Source of the DNA: Vicugna vicugna
Lineage: Eukaryota
Direction: 5' to 3'
NCBI GenBank assembly: GCA_013265495.1
Contig: MU057724.1
Coordinates: 310,001 to 374,000, forward strand
DNA: 64,000 nucleotides
The position numbers and the translations under genes are program-made. The notes below the pieces were generated by a model that was not told the origin of the DNA, did no database searches, and saw nothing but the letters and a program-made list of their open reading frames with translations. Shown here in pieces: positions 35,330 to 48,470 of this stretch. Within the stretch, counting starts at the first letter, position 1. Each line of letters opens with the position of its first letter.

Positions 35330-37130
35330 TTCAGGTGAGTGGAACTCATTTTGGACCTCTGGCCTCCAAAGCTGTGAGACCATAAATTTCTGCTGCTCTG
35401 TGCCCAGAGCTTAGTGTCATTTGTTATGGCAGGTTAAGGAAACCTTTTGGTACCAAGGGTTGGGGGCTACTGCAGCAAATGACAAAAGTACGTAAGTGGC
35501 TTTGGAACTGGATGAGGGATGGAGGCAGAAAACGCGTTGCCACCCTGACGGAAAAAGCCCAGACTGCCTTGCAGAGACTCCTGGTAGAAATCCCGACACT
35601 ATAAGTGTTGCTGCGGAGGACCCGGAGGAAGGGAAGAGAAAGCCAGTGGGAGAGAAAGCAGTAATGCCTTAGAGAACACCCACCATCATAAACATACTTT
35701 GTGTAGAAATATGGACATGAAAGCCGCTGCTGGCGAAGTCTCAGAGGGTGCTCGTTACATGGCAGCAGAGAATTTAGCTGAATGGTGTCCCAAAGCCACG
35801 CTAAAGCAGAACTTGAAGCCTATGCACTTGAATATTTAGCTGAGAAGACTTCCAAGCAAATTTGTTGGAGGTTCTACGTGGCTGCTTCTTTGCTGCTTCT
35901 AATAAAACGTGAGGCGCAGCAAACAAATTACAACAAGGACTGTCAAGCGAAAAGAACCAGAATTTGATGCCTTGGGAAATTCTTGGCCTATCCAGATGGC
36001 AAAGATGCCGCCATTAGCAGATTCACTGTTAGGAAAGTGTGCTTTGGCAAGAAGATGGAGGGTGTGGCTGAAGAAATCAGCCGGTGACTCAGGGATGCTC
36101 CTCTCGCAGAAGCCAGGAGCAGAGGGGACCACCGGCCAGGTCTGCGGAGGACTCTGCTGCCTGAGGGAGTGACTCTCCAGGATGCACACGAGCACAGGAA
36201 GCTGCTGAGAGCGCTGTGCCCACTGGACTGGGAGGGACAGAGACACAATGGAGTGACAAAAAGGGCGCTGTGTTTCCAGTTTCTGCAGCTACTCAGCGGC
36301 GAACAAACGCTGACCTTCAAGACACTCTGAGGACGAGGCTCTGGCCCAGAGGGGGCGTCAGGCCACAGAGCACTGTTCCCAGTGTTGAAACCTAATGCAG
36401 TCTGTGGCTGATTTTAAAACTGCTTTGGAAGAACAGCTCCTTCCTTGCGCATTCTCCCACCTGGAGTAAGGACACGTACGAGCGTCAGCCTGCGCCCGTC
36501 CTGCCTCTGTATTTTGGAAGTCTGTCATTTCTTTCCCGTGTCTCCGGTCTACAAACAGAGAGGGTTTTGCCCCAGCATGGCTCACACCCAGAATACTAAC
36601 CATATCTGATGTCTGTGGTCCAGATGATGAGGTAGGACTTCGTGCTAATAATATTTATGAGCTTTTGGACTTAAAAGTTGATGCTATAATGGGTCTAGAC
36701 TTCGGGGGACAGTGCAATGGGGTAAATGTATTTTGCAAGTGGGAAACCCTTGGGGCAGATGGACTGTGTTAGGCTGAATAACCCACACTCCAATGGCTGG
36801 AACCTGTGGCCGACACCTTATGTGACAAAAAAGAATGACGCAGACGAAATGAAGCGAAGGATTCGAGATGATATCACCCAAGGGGCCCTGCACACAGTCA
36901 TGTGTCTCCAGGAGAGGGCAGCAAGGTCAGACAGAGGAGCAGGAGGCCAAGGGAGGAGAAAGGCAGAGGGAGGAGGGCGCTGGGGCCTCCAGGAGCCGGC
37001 AGAGTGAGGAACGCACTTCCCCAGAGCAAGGACGGCGGAGGAGCTGACTCCTGCCTCCTGGCCCTGGTCTCTCGGTTCTAAGCCACACGTGCGGTGGTGT
37101 CACAGCAGCCCCGGGCAGCGCCGCAGGCTG
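35330..37130 (+). mobile_element. MaLR retrotransposon remnant: LTR 3' part, internal region and second LTR (MLT1-like)
   Basis: LTR end ggacctctggcctccaaagctgtgagaccataaatttctg...tttgttatggcag, then ttttggtacc and aagtggctttggaactgg; purine tract gggcagatggac followed by tgtgttaggctgaataa. Confidence 0.75.
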
Positions 37131-37261
37131 TGACCACTGTGGAGAGGCAGCACTGCCTGAGCTGCAACACCCCAGCTGGGTATGGGGCACCTTCTGACGT
37201 CACTGAGCAGGGGATGCGTGGACCCTCACCAACGGTTAATTTAACAGCAGGGGCACCGTAC

Positions 37262-37469
37262 CTTTGTAAATCTGGACCTCAGCACGTCAACGGCATCCAC
37301 CACGATTCTGCTGAAGAACTCGCTCAGAGCACCCAGCCCACAGCTCCACAACAGGGTGAGGAGAGCTCGGTCCACAAACGCCTGGCGAGTGGTGCCTGAA
37401 AGCAGGCTGTCCTTCCGGAACATTGCGTACACACTTTCCAGAAGGTCTAACTGTGTGTCATGTGAACTC
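37262..37469 (-). CDS. PRKDC: DNA-PKcs exon ~41 (208 nt)
   Basis: [20 protein letters not shown]...[11 protein letters not shown]...SRFTK; acceptor ccccag, donor gtacgg. Confidence 0.96.
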
Positions 37470-37969
37470 CTGGGGAAAAGAAAATCATGCAGATGTTCAC
37501 GCTTTAAACAAATATCCTGAGCACCTTCTATGTTACAAAGTCAATGCCAATGATTATGAGTCAGAAAAACAACTTCAAAGGTCACGTGTATGAAAACCAC
37601 AAAGTATAAGATCACATATATGAAAACCACGAAGCGCAAGAGCCATTTGTACACAAACCACATCATTTCACTCGTCCCCAGGAATCTTCATGCCAGGTTA
37701 GGCACCAGGAAGACTTATTTCATTTTCTTTCTGATCTGGTCGTGTCTGGAGGACACTGGGAGGCCTTTCAAAGAGTCTCGGTCTGAAGACCATCACAATC
37801 CCCAGAACACGAACTCGAGAATCCAAATAAAAACCTCCAGTCTCCTCCTGAGCAACGAGCCCCCATCCTTGCCTCCTCATCTGGCCCTATACTGACTCAC
37901 CTGGGAAATACGGCATATGAACGCTCACCTACGTAATTCTTAATCTATAAATCTATAGATTAAGAACAC

Positions 37970-38050
37970 AGAGTTCATTTCCTCAGCTATAAAAATAAGA
38001 GGTTAGGACTGAGTGATCATTAAAATCCTTTCCAGTTCTAAAATCTCAGT
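37970..38050 (+). mobile_element. MIR-like SINE fragment
   Basis: tttcctcagctataaaaataagaggttaggactgagtgatcattaaaatcctttccagttctaaaatct. Confidence 0.65.
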
Positions 38051-38289
38051 GCTCAGAAGCTAGCTATGACCTAGGGCAAAAATACTAGATTTGAAGGCGA
38101 TCCTGTCGTACAAATCAAAGCTGCAGGGCGCGCTGGATGGAACTCCAGGGCTCTGCAGGGCCCTGGACGCTGTCCTCACACACCTTCCCGGGGAGCTGTC
38201 TGCCCCGAGCACGGCAGGGACGCACACCCTACACAGACAGCTCAAGGAAAGGCAGGGAAGAGCAAACGTGGGTCGAAGACGGTTTGCTG

Positions 38290-38900
38290 GAAAACAATGC
38301 AAACGAGCAATAAACGAATGAGGACATGCTCCACTTCACTCGTGGTAAAGGAAACACAAATTAATGCAATGCTGAGAGACCCCTTCTCACCCATAGCACT
38401 GGAGAGAATCTGACACCTGACAACACAGCCTGCGGCGAGGCCGTGAAGACACTGCTGGAGGGAGGGCAGACACTGCGGCCCCCGCACGGGCCGGGGGGCT
38501 CCACACAGGAGCCAATGCATCGAGCCTTCCACATACACTTAAGAACCCGCTCCTAAGGAATTTACTCGTGGGTAAAGGGCACGTGACACACAGGGCTACT
38601 CGCTCCGCGGTTACTCTGAGCAGCAGGTCCTGGGCCCGAGCCCATTGCCCGGGGCTGCTGCACCACGGTGATGCCCCCCTCACAGGGAGTAATCGCACAG
38701 TCGCTCACACAGAGGAAAGTGGAAGCGCCCAGGGCTGGTGTGGAGTGACCTGCAGATGTGAAGTGGACACGAGGTGAGGAGAGGGGACGGGGATGGAGGC
38801 GAGGCCCCCGAAGACAGCGCACGGCGCACCACGACTTTCCGACCACAGACATGTTTCACCTCCGCAAACCGAAAAGTAGGTCAAAAGGAAAAAGCAAACC
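38290..38900 (+). mobile_element. Degraded LINE-1 3' fragment
   Basis: atgaggacatgctccacttcactcgtggtaaaggaaacacaaattaa (ORF2 C-terminal motif). Confidence 0.6.
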
Positions 38901-41159
38901 ACTTACAAGATCTGAAAATTAAGCAAAGCATATCTAACTAATTGGTATAATAAGCATACATTGAAAAGCTGTCACGTGACTTGGGGACACAAAACCTACA
39001 TACCCTCAGAGAGTATATTCCAAGTAAATTACAACAAAAATTAAAGGTTTAACTTCACCCAGCCACGGTTCTTCCTAGTGGTAATGCTGGCGTTGTCAGT
39101 CTGAAAGTTCTTCAGTATATTGCAGAGCAAAGCAACTAAATAATGATGGAACGTTATTACAAACAACACTGAAAAGAAAACAAACTCCAATGTAAAGGGA
39201 AAAAAAAGTTAAACAATTAGATACCCACAATGTTAAGATCGAAAGGGAAGTACCAGAATGTTTCCCTTTTCCTTAAAAAGCAAAACAAACAACCTGTTCC
39301 TCAGCTGTGTCTGCTGAAAGCAGCAAAGCAACCCAGCAGCCCTGGGCTCGCCGAGGGCCCAGACGCCGCCCCTAACCAGCATTCCACGGGGCTCTTTGGA
39401 GGAACGGCTGCTTCCAGGTCAGGATAAACCTGGGATAATCTGGCGAGCCAAAGCGCATCTAAAGAATATCGAAGACCAAGGAGTCTTGTCCAGGGACTCC
39501 CACCAGCCACAGGTGGGACAAGCTGAGCATCGAAAAGAATGACGACTGCTATGGATGGCATGTCTGTTTTGTTTTTAAAAGTTCTAAAAGTGGAAAAAGT
39601 TAGAAAAAAATTGACTAACTTTCACAAAGACAACTGTGCCACTGGAGTAAGTTTTAAAACTGGGATGTGAAAATCCTCCTATTTTGTCTCTTTTTCAAAA
39701 TTATGTTGGTTGTGAAGGGTATTTTGCATTTCCACAGAATATTAGGAACTGCCGGTCAATTTCTGCAAAAGAGAGGCCCAGGGAATTCTGACATAGACGG
39801 CATTAAACCTATCAACTTGGGTACAACTGCCGTGCTAACAAAACAGAACTTCCAATTCATGAACGGGGACTGTCTCTCCATTTTTTAGATCTTCAGTTTT
39901 TTTAATTTCCTTCAGCAGTAGGCTGTAATTTTCAGGGTACCACCTTATGCTTCTTCTGTTACATTTATTCCAAAATATTTTACTACTTTTGGTACCATTA
40001 TGAATGGAATCACATTCTTAAATAGTGTTGAACGTTCTCTGCTCATGCACAGAAATGCCACTGATTTTTTAATTCTGATCCTGTATCCTACAAATTTTCT
40101 ATAATTGTTTATTCGTTCCAACAATTTCTTGCAGATCCGTCGTATTTTCTACCTCGTACCACATGAGTAAAGTTCTACTTTTTTTCTAAGCTGGTTGCCT
40201 TTCATGTCTCTTGCTTACCTGGCTGCACTGGCCAGGACGGCCAGCTGCATGCTGCGCAGAAGAGAACACATTTACCTGCTTCCCAAACCTGGAGGAAAAC
40301 CTTCAGTCTTTCGCTGTTAAATATTGTGCTGGCAGTTGGTTTTTCATAGATGACCTTCTGTCAGTTTTATCATGAAGGAGTGTTGGATTTTGTCAAAAAT
40401 TTATCTGCATCTACTAAAATACTGTTTTCTCCCTTAATACAGTGCATAACATTAACTGATTTACAGGTATGAAACCAGTATTCCAAGGACAAATTTCAAT
40501 CGGTTATAGTGTGTAGTATTTTTTGTATGTTGTTGAATTTTGTTTGTTAATGTACTTTTGAGGATTTTTTGTCTGCAGTCATGAAGGATACTGGTCCACA
40601 GCTTTCTTGTGATGTCTCTGGCGTTGGTATCAGGGTGACACTGGCCTCACAGAACGAGGTGACAAGTGTTACTCCCACCTCTACTTTCTGAAGAGTTTAT
40701 GTAGTGCTGGTATTATTTGTTCTTTAACTATTTGACAGAAACTCACCAGTGAAGCTGTCTGGGTCTAAGCCCTCCTTTGTGGGGAGATTCCACTTTTCTG
40801 ACTACAGGCAGTTACAGTGAGCCAGTTTCTGGGCGCAGCATGGTGCCCCAGCTGTGCACACGCACGCACACGCTGTAAGTCACAAGACACCGGACGTGGC
40901 TCCCTGTGCTGTCCGGCAGGAGCTTGCTGTTTACTGGTTACTCTGTGGGAAGATTTTAAGTTATTAACTCGAATTATCTGCTTGTTAAATATATTCTCAG
41001 ACACTCCATTTACTCTGTGTGTGTGTGTGCTGTTCACTGCCAGTGTGTAAGAAACACACTAATTATTGTATGATGATTTTACATCCTATACCCTTACCAA
41101 ACACATTTATTAGTTTTGTATTTTTGAATGGCTTCCTTAGGACTTTCTTTTTTTAAATT

Positions 41160-41273
41160 TTTTTAATGGGGGGGTAATTTTAGGGTTTTTTTTTAAATAG
41201 AGCTTCTGGGAACTGAACCCAGGACCCTGTGCATGCTAGGCATGCGTGCTGCCCCTGAGCTACACCCCACTCC
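41160..41273 (-). mobile_element. Camelid-type tRNA-derived SINE
   Basis: ggggggtaattttagg...ctgggaactgaacccaggaccctgtgcatgctaggcatg...ctgagctacacccc. Confidence 0.85.
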
Positions 41274-41307
41274 CGAAGAACAGTATTGAGTGTTACTTTT
41301 TTCTGTC

Positions 41308-41437
41308 TTGGGAGGGAGGCAGTTAGGTTCGTTTATTCACTTCTTTCTTCCTTTTTTTAATGGGAGGACTGGGGACTGCACCCAGGACCTCGTGCATGCT
41401 GGGCACCAGCTCTGACCCTGAGCTCCACCACCCCTCC
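41308..41437 (-). mobile_element. Camelid-type tRNA-derived SINE
   Basis: gttaggttcgtttatt...ctggggactgcacccaggacctcgtgcatgctgggca...ctgagctccacc. Confidence 0.85.
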
Positions 41438-42209
41438 TTGATATTCCACTTATTCCTGAGTAGTTTTGGTAACTTGTGATTTTCAGGGCACCTGTCATTT
41501 CAGTCAAGCTGCTGGATTTGTCGGCACGACTTTGTCCACAACACCCCCTTCGAGTCTTCATCTGAGAGGAGGTGGCAATGCCTCCTCTGTTACTCCCGGT
41601 TCTCAGACGCCGCACCTTCTCTGTCATCCCTAGTTTGTCTAGCTGCCAGTCTGTCGCTTTCAAAGAACCAGTTCTCAGTTTCACTGATTTTTCTCCACCA
41701 CTTTTCTGATTTCTGAGTCACCAGTTTCCAGCGTCATCTTCATCACCCGTGCCCTCCACCTGCCCGTTTAGCTGCAGGTGGAAGTTCACTTACTGACTTA
41801 GGGTCATTCTTACTCTCTAAGAAAGCCTCTAACGACCCAAACTCCCCTCCAACCACTGCTTTAGGTGCACCTCATATATTTGCTTTACTCTTATTTTATT
41901 CAGACCAAAATACTCCTTGAATTCTCTTATAATGTCTTCTTTAATTCCAACAGCTACGTAGAAGCATTAATTAGTTGGTTACTTAGAAATATTTCTGGAT
42001 TCCTCACGTTTCCTTCTGTTGATTTCCAATTCAACCACAAGTGGTCAGAAAACACACTCTGTCAGATTTCAGTCCTTTTCAATTTATGAAGGCTTGTTCC
42101 ATGGCCACCCGCAGGCTGCCCTGGAGAGCGTGCCACATGCTCAGAGGAAGTGCATACTCTCCTTGCCGTGCTGTTGTGTTCACCGCTGGTTAACAACAAC
42201 GTATTTGTC

Positions 42210-42550
42210 TAAATGCCAATAAAAAGGAATGAACAACCAATTCACGCTTCATCACAGATGAAGCTCAGAAATTGGCTGAACGAAGATACCAGACATGAGA
42301 TCATACCATGTGATTGCATTCATATGAAATGTCCAGAAAAGGCAAATTTATAAAGACCAAAAGCAGGTTGGTGGTTGCCTGGGGCCAGGAATGGGACTGG
42401 CTGTAAATGGTCAGGTAGGATCTTATTAGGAGATGAAATTATTCTGTGGTGATGGCTTTACACCACGTGGTAAAGTTACTAAAAGTCACTGAATTATAAA
42501 CTTAAAACAGGAGAATTTTACAATACATAGATTATAACTCAGTAAGATAA
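42210..42550 (+). mobile_element. LINE-1 (L1M-type) 3' UTR fragment
   Basis: atgtgattgcattcatatgaaatgtccagaaaaggcaaatttataaagaccaaaagcaggttggtggttgcctggggc. Confidence 0.8.
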
Positions 42551-43564
42551 ATTAATATGGGTATTTACATATTCAATATAAATGATGCCAATCAAGAAAA
42601 AAACTCCATGTCCACAATCAGAAGTACCCATGGCATCTAGCCCTTCCTTAAAAATCAACATCACACCTTATTTCATGAGAACACGAGAAGTGCAGCCCAT
42701 GGTGAGGGCAAGTTCCTCATCACAGAGTCTGCGGCACTGCAGATCCTGATGAAACCCGTGACCGGGGCCACACCGGTGCACGGATGCTGACACCGCCAGG
42801 AAAAGGCTGCAAGGAACACGACTGACCAGCATCAGCACCCAGACACCATGTGCCCTTTAAGTCACGAACGTGATGCGCAACCAAGTAATCCCGCCAAAAC
42901 TGGAACCCAAATCTGGGCTTTCAGACTCGACTTTCCACTTACAGGAAACACAGGCTGGAGGACAAGTCAAATGAGAAGAACTGAAAAATCAGGCAAATCC
43001 GGGGTGTGAGACAGTGAGAGTGCCCCAGGTTCTTGACAACAGAAGCGAAATTCACAAGCGAGGAGGCAGACTAACGGGCTCAACCGCGCGACGCCACATG
43101 GCCTGGCTGGGTCAGAATCAGAAGGACCCAACAGCCCCGAGTGCTCCAGACGACTGGGGAAATCTGCTTTGGGAACTACTGTGAATGCTGCTCAGTCGCT
43201 GCTACGACAGCTGCCTAGGAAAACCGCCCATTTCAGAGACACACAGCAGACGGGGACGTGAGCAGGTGCCTGGGGCCGCCCCAACTCACAGCCGCAGCAG
43301 GAAGGGGAAAGGCCGGTGGGAGACCGAGCTGAAGACACTGGCGCCCCTTCGACCTGGAGGCTCGCGTACAGCGACACTCTCCTGAGCACGTGTCACACTT
43401 TGATAACAGAAGCCTTTTAGAGAGAAAAACAAGACAAACTAAAATAAAATTCAACAACAGAGGGCAACCGCACTCTTCGTTTTGGGGACAGAAAAGACAC
43501 TTTCCCACAGAAATAAAGTGTGCATGGTTCCCAGGCTCCACCCAGACAAGCACAGAAGACTTAC

Positions 43565-43692
43565 TCTCTGGCGACCCGTCTGAAAGTGGACTGAAAGGCT
43601 TCTTCCATGACATGCCGCTCTTCCCGACAGAGGATTTCTGTCATCAGCTGCAACAGCACAGGACTCCGAGACAGCTCCAGCGCGTCCAGGAG
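43565..43692 (-). CDS. PRKDC: DNA-PKcs exon ~40 (128 nt)
   Basis: [42 protein letters not shown]; acceptor tcctag, donor gtaagt. Confidence 0.96.
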
Positions 43693-44906
43693 CTAGGAGA
43701 GATGAGCACAACAGTGACGGCGATGAGGACAGACTTGCTGGACGCTTACTTTCGTTTTGTTTCTGGCAGTTCAAACAAAACAGAAAAGTATACCATTTTC
43801 ACAAAGATCAACAAATGCTAACATGTCGTTTTCGTAGATAAAATGAATGCCTGGCAAATAGTGACATTCACTAAATACTTGAGCCTTGATTCTCGTAAGC
43901 TCTGCAGAGATTTCTCCTCTGACCAGGCTGAGAGCCCAAGTTCACAATGAGGTCCTTCGTGAGGCTACCTCCTCGGCTCCGGCCCTCCCTGCACAGCACG
44001 GGTTCCAGGCTGTGTCCCGTCTGCTGCCTCCACAACCCCTGCTCAGCTCTCCAGGAGACAGCCTCAATGTTATCTTCCGAGCTGTGAAGGTTTTCAGAAT
44101 GTGGCATCTGCACAATTAACTTCCAAGAGCCTTACTTGTCCGGTTTCACGCACATGATACCTTCTCTCGCTTTGTCAACGCCGTTCCTCAGCCCCTCTTT
44201 CCTGCTGGTTACATCTTTCTTGGACTGGACGTTTTCTCCAGGTGTTCAGGACGGTTTGCACTCACACATTAAGAGAAAGTCCTGAAGGTGTCCTCAGGAT
44301 CTGTGGATGGGACAGCTGCCGGATGGCAGATGGCTGGGGAGCAGGACGCTTGGATGGCACCAGCATGATGCTGTCGCCCCACCGGTGACTTGCAAATTGC
44401 AGAAAGAACACACTATTCGATAGCAAAATGGGGCAGGAACCACCTCAACCAAGCCACCAGGCATGAGGTCCCAACAGCAGGATGGGCACTGTGTGCCTCC
44501 TGAGTGGTTAAGCCGCAGAAAGTCAGCCTGGATCTCACCACCAACCTCCAGTTCAGAGGAAGAAGAGGGTGGGGGCTGAGGAGTCCCCCGAGGAAACAGT
44601 CCGACAAACGCAACATGTTCTGGTTTCTTCCAAAACCCAGCGTCATGGGAAGATAAGGGTGAGGGTGAACTAGTGCCAGATTAAAAGACACTAGAGACAC
44701 GACAGTTCGATGCAATTGTTAATCAGATCCTGGTTTGAAAAATCCAGTCAAACAGGGAACTTCTGGAGAAATATGACTGTGGACAACACAACACAGGGCA
44801 TGAGAGGAGTGTGACTTGTCATTGGTCTGACAGCTGCACCGCCTCCCTCTCTAGACGCACTGCTAAAGGGTCAGGGAGCTGAGCTGCAGATGTTTCAGCC
44901 GAACAG

Positions 44907-45031
44907 AGACACAGGCACACACACGGACAGACACACAGACGCACACACGGACACACACACAGACACACACACGGACACACACACAGACACGGACGCACGC
45001 AGACCCACACGCAGACACACACGCGGACACA
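44907..45031. repeat. CA-rich compound microsatellite with ~12-bp periodicity (ACACACACRGAC)
   Basis: acacacggacagacacacagacgcacacacggacacacacacagacacacacacggac... Confidence 0.9.
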
Positions 45032-46314
45032 GCAAGCCCAGCCAAGCACACTGCTGGCTCCAGAGACGGCAACAGGGATGCTTGTTTACTATTTGATCAA
45101 CTTCTCTGTTTGCTTGAAAGGAAAAAACCAGACAGGACAGCAGCAGAGGACGCGGGGGCTGCCTGTCTTCGCATGGGACGGTGCCAGACCCCTCAGACAG
45201 GGACCCAGGAGAGGCCAGGAGCAAGCTGTAAGCCTTTAAGATGAGACTGGACGCCCCAGCATCACTCCCACTGCAGGCTTTTGTCGTCAGTGGGTCCTTC
45301 AGGCCAGCCCACACCCGACGGGAGGAAAATCAGACCACGTCTCTCAAAATGTATGACGTCTCTTTTCTCCTCCACGTGACGGAAAAGAGACACAACAAGA
45401 ACACATGGACGGGACACCACCAGTATGGCCGTCTCTAGACAACTTGCTCACATCGACTCTGGCATCCACCACAGTGAGTTTTACTCATCGGTTTCTTCCT
45501 TGCTCTCCTACAAGCTCCTTGAGGACAGAGATAACATTCATGCTCCTCCAGCCGGGCTCCGTCCACCACAAGCACGGGGGACCACCGCCCGCCCTCCAGT
45601 GGTGACTCTCATTCCTCCTACAGGCTGCACCCGAGTTCCAGCTGAGTGTGCAGCACCTAAGACAACACGCACAGCCGTGCTGGCCTGTGGTGGCCAGTGG
45701 TGTGTCCGCAGAGTCAACACATGCAGGGTCTAGAGCAGACCACCCCCTGCCCCCGTGAGCTAGAAGGGACAAGACAGACAGGAGTGGGAGCGGCCGCGCT
45801 GGACAAGGTGGATGCTGTGTGCGCAGGACAGAGCCGGTGAGAGGAGATGGGGTCCCCGTGGCCAATCTGGAGCCACACAGGACAGAGGTCATCATCACCT
45901 AGGCTGAGCCCCTGGGTTCCAGGAAACTCCCACGGTACCTTGAAGATGACAGGCGGTAACCACTAGCTGTTTCTCGACCACTTTTCAATTAACTTCAGAA
46001 ACTGAATAGTGTTGGTAACACTCCACTTGTTAGCTCTTCTTGGTATTATTCCTTAAAACTCACTATACGTTATGCACAAAGCATTTCATGGCACTTCTAT
46101 ACAAGAAGTGTTTTAAAACGGGGTGGGGGGTTGGACATGAGTTCTAAAGGATTCAGATATGCACCTACCTCCACAAATACCCAGCTTTCAAATGGACTGA
46201 ACTGAATTCAAGTCAGAACACTCTCTACTCCGGAGGTTCCACATACTCCTCATCAAGAAACGTAACAGAAAAACAAGAGCAGTTTAGTTTTCGCTGCACC
46301 TACTGAGAACTGAC

Positions 46315-46482
46315 CTTCTTCACGCAGTCCACGTAAGTGCTGTACTGCAGGGTCCCCGGCGGGAGCTCCCCAGACGTCACGGGGAAACTGGAGGCGACGA
46401 GCCCCTCGAGGACCTGCTTCAGCTCCTCCAGACGCTCCCCAGGGAGGGCAGCGAAGAACGGGAGCAGAGGCATGGCCTGGGC
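46315..46482 (-). CDS. PRKDC: DNA-PKcs exon ~39 (168 nt)
   Basis: AQAMPLLPFFAALPGERLEELKQVLE...YVDCVKK; acceptor ccgtag, donor gtcagt. Confidence 0.94.
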
Positions 46483-47376
46483 CTACGGAACAAGGCGCCG
46501 ACTGAGCACCACGGGATGAGCGAGGGGACCGCCGCCACAGGCGTGCGGAGGGCGCACCGTGTGGACCCCACAATGACCTCGGGCCCCCAGACGCACCGAG
46601 CCCAGTGGGACACGGTCTGGGCCTCGGGGGCTGAGCCAGGCCGCGCGGTGGAATCAGGACCGGGGGCCTGGCTCTGCCGCAAGGTCTCCCTCCACGAAGC
46701 CTGCTGAGCCGCGCAGCCCGAGTTCTGGAGGAAGGGGCACAAGCAACCCTGGGGGCAACCAGAGGGCCGACTCCAACTCCCATCGCCTTGAGGGGCACAC
46801 GGGGTGCCGCTTCCACCTCCCCGGGCACCAGCCAGCCCCCTGGCTGCCTCCTACTGAGAACGAGACCCGGTGAACCGCACTGAGCGGACGGGTCCAGGGA
46901 GGTGTCTCACGATCCAGCGGAAAGCAGAAACGTGGCTCACACGTGAAGGCCACGTTTTATTAGAGTGTAAAATCTAACTGTTGCAGGACTTTAAAATCAC
47001 AGTATCTATTAAGTTCCTGACCCTAAAAATTACTGAGATACTCCACATTATTAACTAATAGAAGAATGAGCCACAGTTTAAGTTTTTTCATTCATTAAAA
47101 CAGCAATTCTCAAAATCGCCAATTTAAACCATTTAGGTGAAGACAGATGTTAACTCTTCCAAGTGCAGTGATCTCACTGCGCCCCGCCAGACGGAGGCTG
47201 TGGAGCTGCGTGCTGGGACAGGGAGGCCACGGGGGTGCACTGTGCGGGTCTCCCTGCTTTTGAGTATGTTTAAGATTTTCCGTAATAAAAAATAGACAAT
47301 ATCACTGATACACAAAAATATAAAATGGGAAAATAATGGAGAACGTAATCTGAAAAAAATCCTTTTAATCACTTAC

Positions 47377-47481
47377 CTTTAAATGTAGACCCAAATTCGG
47401 ATCAGCAAGCAAACTAACGTACGTCGTGAAAACCTCGGAGAACGCGCTGTGAGTCGCGCTGAAAGTCACGGATGAGTCGAT
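47377..47481 (-). CDS. PRKDC: DNA-PKcs exon ~38 (105 nt)
   Basis: [35 protein letters not shown]; acceptor cttcag, donor gtaagt. Confidence 0.96.
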
Positions 47482-47880
47482 CTGAAGGAGGAAAGCAGAA
47501 GCGCAGTGCATTTCTACGTTACGCCCCCAACCTTCTTTCATACACTTGCCAATTTTCTAAATTCCAGAGATGACCTGTAAATCTGTTCTTGGGCTTCAAC
47601 TGTATTTCAACGATTCTTGCTCTGAAATATCTTAAAACTACCCCCTAAGTCGATGCGTGGAAAGTGCACTAAAGAGCTAAAGCACAGGAAACAACAATGA
47701 AGACACAGGCTAACGATGTAAAATAAGGGAAAAGGATAAAAAGTGAGGTCACCAGCACTTGCCTAAAATTTCTGTCAAGTCAATGAGCTTTCCAAGAAAC
47801 CTCCATCAAATTTTCAAAGATGCAAGTCACAGAGCTGCAAGCAACAGACACAGCCACATTTCCAATGTCTCTCAAGATAC

Positions 47881-48066
47881 CTGCAGAATTTTCGCCAGCA
47901 AGGTCAACACCGCAGTCTTGCTGTCCGGGGCGGAACCCAGGGCCCACCACGAGTCGCACCTTCTCCAGCTCTGCAGGACGGCGTTCGCCAGCTTCAGGCC
48001 CTGCTGCCTCTCACCCGTGCGGTCCCTGAAGCTCTGATCCAACAGGCCATTCAAAACTGTGCTCAC
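47881..48066 (-). CDS. PRKDC: DNA-PKcs exon ~37 (186 nt)
   Basis: [16 protein letters not shown]...CDSWW...LLAKILQ; acceptor tttcag, donor gtatct. Confidence 0.96.
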
Positions 48067-48359
48067 CTGAAACAGTCATGGGAAGAAGAAACCTGACCAT
48101 CAGGCTAACATCATATGGCAAAGTGGGCTGTCCTGTCAAAGCCCTTCTGGAAAAATGAAGATGCTCGCTCTAGAGCAGCTGCTCACTTCACAACTCCTCA
48201 AATCTGAGGACAGCACTTAACATGCAGACTTTCCCACGGAAGTGTAACGTGGTACCTTACGACGTCATGCTTAACCTGCTCTCTGTTGTCTTCTCAGCTG
48301 TGCCCTCTCGATGGGAGGGGAGATCTGCTGTCCTGTCACCATCATCCCCGTGTGCAACC

Positions 48360-48470
48360 CACACATACATGGGGACACAGACACACGGCACACAAGGGAC
48401 TCACTCGTGGGACACACATGGGGACAGACATACAAGGGACACGCACATACACACACAGGACACACACACA
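48360..48470. repeat. Degenerate CA-rich simple repeat
   Basis: acacatacatggggacacagacacacgg...gacacacatggggacagaca...acacacacaca. Confidence 0.7.

Larger units (their letters stand above)
39660..42200 (-). mobile_element. LINE-1 ORF2-region fragments, sense to PRKDC, interrupted by two SINEs
   Basis: T-rich plus strand; acatttattccaaaatatttt, gttggattttgtcaaa, gttggtatcagggtgacactggcctcacagaacgag, gtggtcagaaaacacactct. Confidence 0.85.

Noticed and set aside
44819..45314. Cys/Val-rich and Thr/Asp/His-rich ORFs
   Set aside because: These are translations of the CA-rich microsatellite
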